Of a stretch of 64,000 bases of DNA, positions 1 to 9,617 are shown one piece after another. Within the stretch, counting starts at the first letter, position 1, and every line of letters starts with the position of its first letter. Location: NCBI GenBank assembly GCA_003693705.1, contig RBZT01000500.1, positions 62,001-126,000 of the forward strand. Reading direction: 5' to 3'. Source of the stretch: Polymyxa betae A26-41. Lineage: Eukaryota > Protista > Endomyxa: Phytomyxea. The notes under the pieces are model-generated. The model was not told the origin of the DNA, ran no database searches, and saw nothing but the letters and a program-made list of their open reading frames with translations. Position numbers and translations under genes: made by a program.

Positions 1-2
1 GT

Positions 3-401
3 AAGGCAAAGCAAGCCAGTACGACGAAAAAGCGAGCCAGTACTACGAAAAAGCGAGGCCGGCCTAGGAAGGTTGAAGAAGCCACTGCTATTAAAAGTGA
101 AGCGTCTCGTAAACGAAGCGCGTCCGCAAGAACCAGAAAAAACGAAGAAATCCAGGAGACGAATGGAAAGGTAACCCGAGGTCGGAAAAGGAAGGCGATC
201 GAGGAACCAAGAGCGACGAAACGCGTCAGGAAACGGAAGACGACCGAAGGCGGCAAAGAAGTTTCTAGAAAGCAAACCCTTAAGAAGAAGACCGTTCCGG
301 CTAACAACGTCACAACTGGTGGCGACCAAGTCCAAGTCGATGGCGCCAATACGACCATCGATACCAATAGCGACAGAAAAAGTCAAAAGAAATCCGCCTG
401 A
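3..401 (+). CDS. 3' end of a Lys/Arg-rich protein with an AT-hook (5' part lies outside the window)
   Basis: Frame 3 is open from the window edge to TGA at 399-401: KAKQASTTKKRASTTKKRGRPRKVEE...KSQKKSA*. KRGRPRK is an AT-hook core. Not in the ORF track because it lacks a start. Confidence 0.6.
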   Translation, partial: KAKQASTTKKRASTTKKRGRPRKVEEATAIKSEASRKRSASARTRKNEEIQETNGKVTRGRKRKAIEEPRATKRVRKRKTTEGGKEVSRKQTLKKKTVPANNVTTGGDQVQVDGANTTIDTNSDRKSQKKSA

Positions 402-583
402 AATCACGAATGGAATTCATCGATAAGCGCCATGAGGGGCGACGTAACAGGACAAATAAACCGAAAACTTTGACTGCAAATTTGAATTTGATGGCGTCGG
501 CGGAATTCCGAGAGCGTGTGAATATTGAGGTCGCAGCAGGTCGTTCTGACCAATCTCCGCAGACCCGATTCGAGGGCGACCTG

Positions 584-1624
584 ATGAGCGTCGATGATAC
601 CCAGGTCCAGGACGTGATGGGGCGTCTGCTCACGCAGGTCGCCGGCCGCTACGACGATGACATGGAGCGCGATGCGATCGCTGCCAGCCTCGACCTGGAT
701 GGTCTCAGCAAGACCGCTCGCAAGAAAGCCATCAATCGCGAGCTGCGCCGCCTGCAGTTCCAGGAGAATCGCAAACAGGAGAAAAGTCGCGCCCAGAAAC
801 GCAGCCGAGAACGAAATCGGGCGGTTTGGGAAGAGCGTCGCGAGCTGGTCGAATCCGGGAAGAGTACGTAACGCCGTACTCGCCCAGGTCGCTGCTGTAT
901 TGACCCGACCAAATCAGTGACGGAAGCCGAAGCGTTAGCCGACGCTGTTGCCAACGACACCGGGCGGGTTTCGAAGAAGGTGCGCCTGGAGAGGCATCAG
1001 CGTCTGCAGGACGCTTTCAACAGCGACGAGACGCAGCGCATCGTGATCGACTGCGCCTTCGACGATGTCATGACCGAGAAGGAGCTGATCTCGTTTCGTC
1101 ATCAGATCCGTCTGCTATGTAACATTACAAACCCTAACCCTAGGACCTCGCTAATTGGAAACCGTGCAGATGGTTCGAACAAGCGTGCCGATACGCCCGT
1201 CAAGCTGTACCTGACGGGCATGAGCGACGAAGCCGTGGCGGCATTCGCCCCGGAGACCCAACAATGGCTCCTGCATCAGTCCACACAGAACTACACCGAA
1301 CTGTTCCCGCTCCAGGATCTCGTCTACCTCACAGCTGATGCCGACCAGACCGTGGACGTCCTGGATCCCGCCAAGGTTTACATCATCGGCGGCCTCGTTG
1401 ATCACAATCGCCTGAAAGGCATCTGTCACGAGAAGGCTGTCGGGCAGGGCGTCGCCGTCCGTAGCTTGCCAATTTCCGAATATCTCGAAGGCAGCACAAG
1501 GCGCGTCCTAACCGTTAACCAGACCTTCGACATCCTGGTTCAGTACGGTTCGGGTCACGATTGGCGCCTGGCATTCGAGCGCGTAATACCGGCTCGGAAA
1601 GGGTTCAAAGCGAAGACCTCGTAA
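584..1624 (+). CDS. TRM10: tRNA (guanine-9-N1)-methyltransferase, Trm10 family; introns ~864-917 and ~1119-1169
   Basis: Motifs IVIDCAFDDVM, QIRLLYGSNKR (after splicing), LVYLTADA, VYIIGGLVDHNRLKG, LPISEY, VLTVNQ, VIPARK; basic N-terminal helix (LSKTARKKA). Confidence 0.92.
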
Positions 1625-1700
1625 AACACATTTTTCTTTGTAATCAATCGATATAATTTTAATAGAAACGACTGTATGATTGAGGGCGGATGGGGTGTTA

Positions 1701-3182
1701 TTATTCAGTCGAGGCCATGGTCGCGTCGCTCCTGGCTTGGTCGACAAGCGGCTGCTGTGGCGATACGTCAAGTGTGTCATATGGCGAAGCGATGTAGTAG
1801 ACACCGGGTGCGGCGGCCATCATATCCGCAGGGTAGCCATATTCGTACATAGATGGGGTGTTGGGGTCTTCCATCATGACCCCATCATATGACATCCAGT
1901 AACCCATGGAGGCCGGGTCCACCTCACTAGGATACACCATTGGGGTCGTGGGGTGTTCCTCTGTAGTAGGCAGTTGAAATTCTTGCGCTTCTGGGTTCAT
2001 AGTGGTCGTCGTCGCCTTCGTCTCCGGGTTAACATTCGTAGCCGTCTCGACGGCAGTCTCCGTGCATGAAGGCGGCGCCTGGACAGGCTCTGGGGCCTTC
2101 GTCTCTGGGATCACAGTCGTAGCCGTTTCGACGGCAGTCTCCGTGCATGAAGGCGGCGCCTGGACAGGCTCTGGGGCGCCCCAATTCGCATCCATTGACG
2201 ACGTCGACGTCTCAGGTTCCGGCTCGGCACATACCGTCTGTTTGGGAACCCATCGTTTATGGCCTCTGGAGCTTTCTGTGCTGCGAAGATGAGCATTGTA
2301 ACCATCTGGCCTCCAGTCGGTGGTAGCCTGGGATCCAGGTCCAGCCCAATTCGGGACTGAAGTGGTTGCGGCCGGAGACAGCGGCAGCTGGTCTTGGGAT
2401 CCTTTTGGGACCCAGCGACCTTTCGGGCGGTCATTTTGAAACCCTCTGTTGTGAAAACGCGGTGATGATCTGGTGGCAACATAGCGCTCGAACATATCAT
2501 GTCTCCATTCGCAGTCGGCGCGCGATTTACGTAGTGGAACTGAGGGGCTATTATCAGCCTCTTCGTCGAAGCGATCGTCATGCAGAAAGAAGCGAGTACG
2601 TCGCGGGATCGGCGGCTCCTCAAGTTCACGCCGTCGTGGCGTCGTAGCTTCGCCGGTCTCGCCTTCGATGTTGTCGCCTTCGGTGTTGTCTTTGGTTGAA
2701 GGCGACTCCGATGTCTCTTCTGCACCTGGTTCCGCGACCACGTTCGCTTCGGGAACATCTTCAACTTGTAAAGCCGTGACAGCTTCCTCGGGACAAGTTT
2801 CCACATTCTCTAATGAAGCTTCTGCAGCATCCTTTGGTGAAGCGTCCAAACCTTCTTGCGAAACTTCCATAGCTTCCTCTAACGAGCCTTGCACAGTTTC
2901 CTCGCGTGAAGCTTCCACAGATTCGTTTGCGTCTTCGGTCGGCTCCAGTTCGTCGTCAACAAAACTTTCTTCGCCCGATGATGACGATTCTGAAATGCAA
3001 AGATGCGTTTGGGAGGGTGCGACGCCCCGTCGAAATACATGCTGGGCCATGCTGGCTAGAGCGGCATCGGCAACATCAGCGGTGGCGTCAGCACCGGGAT
3101 CTTCATAAGCCTCATCGTTCTCATCATCCTCGCTGGATGACGCAGCCCGACGTCGCCGGTCATGATCGCGACTGTGCAACAT
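1701..3182 (-). CDS. Btz/CASC3 (eIF4AIII-binding)-domain acidic protein with a C-terminal PAM2-like motif; intronless
   Basis: PPIPRRTRFFLHDDR...EWRHDMF matches the Btz/SELOR signature (PxIPRxGxFFxHDxR...WxHDxF). MNPEAQEFQLP resembles PAM2. First ATG at 3182. Confidence 0.7.
   Translation of the reverse strand: MLHSRDHDRRRRAASSSEDDENDEAYEDPGADATADVADAALASMAQHVFRRGVAPSQTHLCISESSSSGEESFVDDELEPTEDANESVEASREETVQGSLEEAMEVSQEGLDASPKDAAEASLENVETCPEEAVTALQVEDVPEANVVAEPGAEETSESPSTKDNTEGDNIEGETGEATTPRRRELEEPPIPRRTRFFLHDDRFDEEADNSPSVPLRKSRADCEWRHDMFERYVATRSSPRFHNRGFQNDRPKGRWVPKGSQDQLPLSPAATTSVPNWAGPGSQATTDWRPDGYNAHLRSTESSRGHKRWVPKQTVCAEPEPETSTSSMDANWGAPEPVQAPPSCTETAVETATTVIPETKAPEPVQAPPSCTETAVETATNVNPETKATTTTMNPEAQEFQLPTTEEHPTTPMVYPSEVDPASMGYWMSYDGVMMEDPNTPSMYEYGYPADMMAAAPGVYYIASPYDTLDVSPQQPLVDQARSDATMASTE
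2014..2176. repeat. 81-bp in-frame tandem duplication (27 aa) inside the Btz gene
   Basis: PEPVQAPPSCTETAVETAT..PETKA occurs twice; DNA copies start at 2014 and 2095. Confidence 0.95.
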
Positions 3183-3612
3183 GACTGATGGATGACCGTA
3201 GTACCGGTAGGAATTGGTGACGACCCTACAGATAAGCAAGCCTCTGTCGCACTTTTTGCCGAATTCGACCACACTATTATTGGCTTATTGCTTCGTCTTG
3301 GAAGCGAGGCAGCTCTTCAAGTTCCTGCATCGGATGATGCGTTGTTGTGTCACGCTTGTTTGGGTCTATGACATCAGCAATTTGCAGTATTCGTGAAATT
3401 CGATGGTGAGGTCTTTATGGTTGTACGCTCCAGGTGCGGCTTCAATCGCAATGCGAAGCACTCGAAGATTTAAGACGGTTTTCTGATACATGTGATAGTA
3501 TATAACCAAACTAGACGGGCTTGTATTTTCTTCCTGAAAGTCTGCAGATATCGTGCTATATTGGTACCTACTTTTTCCATTCTGCTTTCTCCACGAAAAT
3601 ATCTGTTCCCAT

Positions 3613-4739
3613 ATGGACAGATACCGCTATAGTGGATATTTAGAGAGATATGGAGACGCCAGCGTTTGGTCCTATAGAACAGCTTCTCTTGAAGCCATTA
3701 ACAGTGGCCGTTCCTTTATCTCGAGCTCCCGTTATCACGTTGAAGGAATCGGATACGGTTGACACTGCACTATCCTGCCTTGGAAAGCATCGCATTCTGG
3801 TCGGCTCGTAAATCTCTTTGATGAGATTCTGATTCGAATGCAGTCTGCACCGGTCGTTAGTGACAATGGACCGCCTGGAAGCTGGGTCGGAATCATTGGT
3901 TATCATAACTTTTTGAAATCATTTGGACGCGACGTTGATAAGAAAGCTTTTCTCAAATCCACTTTGAAACGAGTATGCGCACGCCAAAGCCAATTCTCAA
4001 ATATTGTATGAAGTGTTTCAGGTTGCCGAATTTAGCAATGAGCCGAATCTTGGCGTTAACGATCAGACGACCTTGTTGGACTGTTCTAGCATGCTACGAG
4101 CTCGTGGAACCGTCCATCGTTTGATTGTGACTGGCCATAATGTTACACATATCATCTCTCAGAGCGATATTGTTCGTTATGTCCATGAACATATCAATGA
4201 TCCGGCTTTGGAGCCCATCAGAAATATTACCATCGCAGCATCTGGTTTAGGTCAACGTAAACCAACAACATTATCGTCGTCGGATACAGTATATCATGCT
4301 TTAACAACCATGATTCAAGAAAAGGTCAATCTCAATTCCTTTCGACATCTTTTGGATCACACTAATATCTTGTTAGGTGAAATGCCTGGCTATAATCGAC
4401 CCAAGCTCAGGAACCCTCGTCGGGAATTTCAGCGAATCTGACATGCGAGGGCTGGGCACGAATTTCCTCGAAAAGTTGACGACGCCTGTCGGACGCTTTC
4501 TAGCCGAATTCAGCCCAGCGTCGCTGATAACCGTCTCCGTCCGACTCAATGATACGATCGCTGTTTTGCTGACCACACTGGCCGTTAACCGCTTGCATCA
4601 CGTCTGGATCCAGGACGCGGACGGTCATCCGGCCGGAATCGTCACGCTAACGGATATCCTCGATCTGCTGTTCAAGGTAGGCGCCGATCGTCATCTTCCA
4701 TCGCCTTCGCTTAATTCCTTCTAGATCAAACCGGAATAA
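3613..4739 (+). CDS. CBS-domain protein (AMPK-gamma/Sds23-like, four CBS repeats); start uncertain
   Basis: Spliced pieces: TVDTALSCLGKHRIL|SAPVV, VHRLIV..IISQSDIVRY, TVYHALTTMIQEK|VKCLAII..LVGNFSESDMR, LHHVWIQD..GIVTLTDIL. Confidence 0.8.
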
Positions 4740-4958
4740 TCAAGAAGAATAAAACCCTAGCTGTGTGACGCTTTTTCACTGGATTTTTAGAACTGTCGAG
4801 TGAAGTGACACAGACTGTCGACGGCGCGACCCTCATCAGTGTTGAGGCCTGAGAGGAAACCCAGTGAATGGAGCGGCGCGGCCAGTGCTTTAGTCAGCTG
4901 AACAACTGATAATGAATCTGACAGGCGACTACCCTCTCCCTCTCATTTCTCTCTTTTC

Positions 4959-7212
4959 ATGCAAGTTTTGCAACGCTCGCCTAGGTCGAGTCCAGACCAG
5001 CAGGGCGGCGTCGCCGACACGGCACCCGTCTGCAATATCCAGATACTGTCGCCGACATCCACGACCAGTTCGGCGCTGAACAGTACGAAATCGAAGCTGG
5101 GCTCGGCGTCATGGGCAAAGGGTTCCTTCGTGCAGCGAGCCCTGGGCCTCGCTGTACTGCTGATGGTGATTACGACCGGTGTGCTGTTGTCGCTGCTGCT
5201 GAGATCGTCGAATATTCTGGTCGACTTCAAAGTTGAACAAGAAAACATGAATGCTGACATCCTTGTATCGCCATTAGCGGATATCCTCCGCCTATCCGAA
5301 TCAGCTCTTAAACTGCATTCGACCGCTATAAGGGATCGCTTCAAGATTTTCACGTTCAACATGGACAGCAAAGGACGCGACAGATTGATCGACATGGCCA
5401 ATCGCGGCGATCCTCGTCTTAGCAAGCTAGCGCTGGTATCCATCGACGATACCGTCATATGTTCTATTGGGAAAAAAGGACCCAGCTGTTCCGAATGTGC
5501 TGAAAATTTCGGGTTCAGTGGGCCACAATGCACAGAGTTAGTAACATCTATGACAATCATGAAACGGCTTATTTCCTCATTCTCAGATATCACACTCCCG
5601 TTCAAGAGGCTGATCCATTCGCTCTGGCTTTGCCTATATGCGCATGTGACAAGTCTGACAGGCTGAAATGTGTGAAATCGATCGGCGGCAATGCGATTCG
5701 AGTTGTAAATCTACCTGAGAGCATCGCCTGCGTTATGAGAATGGATAATGGCGTCAATCAGCCGTCCAGAATGATTCTAGGATCGTCGAAACCCATTGCA
5801 ACATTCGCCGACCATTCTGTCGGCAAGTCACTGCCGTTTGTGGCTTTATACGGCGAGTTCGATAGGGCGTCTTATTCATGCGCCGGAGCTTTCCATGGTT
5901 ATGTTTGGTGCTATAACGAAATCCCGTGTCAAACCTGTCCAGATCCTCTTCAGTAAGTCCCTATATCTATGGATGTCTTAGTTAATAAACGTTTAAATCG
6001 TAATGATATCTCCAGCAGGGATCTAAATTTGGCATTAGGTGCCTAAACGGATCGGTTTGTGAGCCAGCATTACCTGGAAATGGACAGTGCCTACAATGCC
6101 CATCCGGTCACTTCGGCCTCCAATGTCAGAAATGTTCAACGACCTGTGAGAAAGGATGCTCAGATGGATTCGCCGGCAGTGGAGAGTGCCTATGCGATAA
6201 TAATCGTATGGGAGCGCATTGTGACCAATGTCAGTCGGGATATTATGGTCCTAATTGTCACAAGTGTTCCTGCACAGCTAAGGTAACAACGGAAGACATG
6301 CTCTAAGCGCTGTCTGACCCGCTATACTGGCAGGGTATTTGCGATGACGGTATCAATGGAACTGGAACTTGTACGTGCGAGAAGGTAATTCCATCTTGTA
6401 TTCATTCTCGTACTGGTCATATCTAATATCGGCAGAATTTCGTTGGACCAACTTGTGATCGATGTGCGCTCGGCTTCACCGGAATTGATTGCAATATCTG
6501 TCAAGAAAATCATTACGGTCCAGAATGTCTTCCATGCGAGTATGAAACAAGACTTTCTAAACTGAGCATGGCAAATAACAGTTGTGTGGCAGATGCGGCG
6601 AACTGGGAGATTGTATTGGCGGATCAGATACTGCACCAGCTCAATGTATCTGTCGTTATCCAAATGTAGCCGCACCTGAATGCAGTCATTGCATGCCTGG
6701 ATATTACGGGCCAACATGCTCTGGACAATGTAATTGTCAGGAAGGCATGCGCTGCTCAGATGGAATTCATGGTGATGGGCGCTGCTATTCACCAGATAAT
6801 GGGTCGGCGTCAAACCAAACTGATTTGTCACCAGAGTCTATTCCAACAACATTGCAAGTTGACATTGACTGTCAGCCAGGATCTGGTTATTATGGACCAA
6901 GCTGTCTTCCATGTCGCTGTCTTCATGATGGAATATGTCGTGATGGTCGTCAAGGTGATGGTTGGTGCCTATGTGCTGTGAACTACTCGGGACTGCACTG
7001 CGAACAATGCGCTGCTGGTCGATTTGGAGCCACCTGCGACCAAACGTGCCCGATCTGCCCTTCGCCTTTGGTCTGTGATGAAGGTATCGACGGGAGCGGC
7101 AGTTGCATCGCCAGAAGACCGAGGAGATCAACAACAGTATCACGAGTTTTGATTTAATTGAGTGAATATATTTATATATGAGGCGGCCTTGCCGCCTGGA
7201 CTGATTCTATGA
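4959..7212 (+). CDS. Type II membrane protein with many laminin-type EGF-like repeats
   Basis: N-terminal TM (ALGLAVLLMVITTGVLLSLLL) followed by Cys-rich repeats such as CSHCMPGYYGPTC, CSDGIHGDGRC, CEQCAAGRFGATC over several exons. Stop at 7157 if unspliced, or 7212 via intron 7137-7182. Confidence 0.8.
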
Positions 7213-7265
7213 CGAGATGTCTCCTGCTTATTACACTGAACGAAACAATAAAGCCGCGAGCCAGC

Positions 7266-8651
7266 ATGACCTATCGTATCATGATTCGAAATCGAATCCG
7301 GGTCATAATCTCCAACTGTCTTTCGACACGAAAGTTGTTGCCGATTCGTGTGGCTAAGAGACATAGAGCCCAACAATGTTATCGATTGATAACGGCGCTG
7401 GTGACCGGCGTTGCTGTCGTCGTTTGCTATTACCTTCTATTCGTAAGATATTGAGCAGTCTGCGTCCAATCTGAGCGTCATTCTATAGATCTATACACGT
7501 CGCATGACGGCCCAAGAACTGGGTCTAGGCGATGTTGCCGACCCGTACTGGACTTCAGATGAGTGCAGAGCTTCATCCGAATGCCGGGCGCATGCTCGGG
7601 TCCAGTATTTGCAGGGTCTTCTGGATCTGAATCGATTTCGTATCCCTCATATCATCCATCAATCAGCGTATTCAGCCGAATCTGTCCCCGTTAAGTACGT
7701 GACCGGCATCGATGTTTCCGAATGTGTTTTTTGAATCTAGTTTATGTCAGGCTGTCATATCGAGGCCAAGAATCGTTATTAGCAGAATGGATGCATTCGT
7801 GGCCAGATCGTAATCCAACCTGGCGGTTTTTGTTCTGGTCGTGGCCCGATATCCAGCGCGCCATTCACGTGTCGCTTCCACAATATGATAATATCATAGC
7901 GCGTCTCAGCGACCACGAGATGCGACTTGATATAGGGCGTTATGTTGCATTATACTTAGTAGGCGGAGGTCAGCTGTCATCGTTGCTTGGCGCCTCCAAT
8001 CTCACCCGATCTATAGTTTTCGTCAACGTGGACGTCGAAAGCATAGTTTCCTTACCAGATGACATTACGATGGAGAACGAAGCATTTCTTGTCTCCGAGC
8101 CCGATCTCGTCTCAAGAATATTACACCATCAACAGTCGCGCCCGGATGGTGCTATTCTGGGCAAGTCCTCTCTTGCTGTAAAGCTTCGTTCTGATTTGTG
8201 TTTAGGTTCGCGTCCCGGCCATCCATTCTGGCTGCGATTACTCGATGAGATTGTCGAGCGCGTCGAAAAGGGGGCTTGCACAAATCGGGATGATTGCACT
8301 GGGACAAATCTAATTGTCGATGTCCTGCATGACTACAAGATGGACGAGGCGCCAGTCGCCATGCTGGCCGCCGATCTATTCTACCCAACCATCCCGGAAT
8401 CAGACCGGATACGAATCAACCGGGTCTGCAAGGCTGAAGCCAGCGCCGAATTTGAAGAAGAATGTCGCGATTTCAACAGGATGCCGGCCAGGACGGCAGT
8501 CGCCTCAGAAGCGCTTGGCATTCGACATGGAATTCCGGAGAAGAGCCGAGTCATGACCATCGCCAACATCGTCGATGTCATACCTCCAGCACGACTCGAG
8601 AGGCCATTCGATAACCCAACGCAATGGCCATGGTGGAAGCATATTTTATAA
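7266..8651 (+). CDS. Glycosyltransferase family 32 (OCH1/SUR1-like), type II membrane
   Basis: TM LITALVTGVAVVVCYYLLF; IPHIIHQS; WMHSWPDRNPTWRFLFWS; RLDIGRYVALYLVGGVFVNVDVE; SRPGHPFW; CTGTNL. Confidence 0.82.
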
Positions 8652-8672
8652 ATTAAACGATTCAATAACTAA

Positions 8673-9349
8673 TTAAACAGACCATTGCTGGGCGAATTTC
8701 ACAATCGCAGTCAGGCCAAAGATGAATTCAGCAGAGACGAACGATAACGACGCGATATTCAGGAAATGTTCAACGTTCAGGCTGTATGGCATAATCAGAT
8801 TTCAGGTGAGGGATGTGTCCACAATTACATATATGTCTGCCATTTGAGGAAGTAAAAATAGCCGACAAATGCACATCCAGCTAACAGAATCGACACCAAC
8901 ATTGGTGACACTTGCTGCATCAAGTTTCCTTTAATCGCTGATAAACATCAATTCAGGTTTGGGGAGTATCAGTGAGTGCCTCAAGTACCGAGAGCTATTC
9001 GACTATAGTCAACAATGATTAACAGCAGCAAAGCGGCTATCTCATAGCCAAATATAGAATCTGGATAAGGAAGCTGATCTCCTGGATGGCAATGAGCAAA
9101 TTTGTATTCAAAAGTCGCTGAAATCATACGCTTATAAATGAATCCGAAAATCGATACGATTAGGTATAAGCAGAGCAGTATTCGATTGTAGTAAAGGCTA
9201 ATTTGCAGAGGCAATGACGACAGCTGCGGTCATGATTTAGCATGGACTAGATCAAGACCTTCCATTCTTACGATCTTGTCAGAATCTGTAACAATTTCCG
9301 TCAACTATGTCGACTTGATGTCATTGGGCTTGGTCGTACCTTTCGACAT
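8673..9349 (-). CDS. TMEM216: Ciliary transition-zone protein, TMEM216/TMEM17 family
   Basis: Spliced MSKDSDKI|LSSLPLQISLYYN..FIYK|..LPYPDSIFGYEIAALLLLIIVDYSRIALG|..KGNL..YFYFLKWQTY..LNVEHFLN; matches the Transmemb_17 pattern. Confidence 0.8.
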
Positions 9350-9481
9350 TGTCTCTGGAATAGCCACCTATAGGCAATTTGTTGTTGAACAAAATCAACT
9401 GTGACTATAAAAGCCTGCACATCACAAATGTCAGTGTCATTGCCCATTGGTGCTGAATGCTGGAAATCTAAAATAAATCGG

Positions 9482-9533
9482 AGGTTTTGCAAATCAAAGA
9501 AGACATTAGGTTTTGCAAATCAAAGAAGACATT
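9482..9533. repeat. Perfect 26-bp tandem duplication upstream of TMEM216
   Basis: aggttttgcaaatcaaagaagacatt x2. Confidence 0.95.
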
Positions 9534-9617
9534 AAGTAGGCAGAATATTGTAGATAGAGTTTACTGAAGGGAATATTTTAAATAGATAGATCGATGCAGG
9601 TTTTCAAATCATTTACA

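Noticed and set aside
410-583. N-terminal extension of ORF 410-871
   Set aside because: This is AT-richer spacer sequence right after the upstream stop at 401; coding-like GC composition starts near the ATG at 584.
2002-3108. Long antisense and alternate-frame ORFs here and over other GC-rich genes (e.g. 52638-53096, 61017-61574)
   Set aside because: These are shadow ORFs expected from high GC and codon bias opposite real genes.
6582-8651. EGF-repeat plus GT32 fusion protein
   Set aside because: The only plausible intron (7137-7182, phase 0) leads to TGA at 7210. GT32 has its own ATG and anchor, and a fusion would give incompatible topology.
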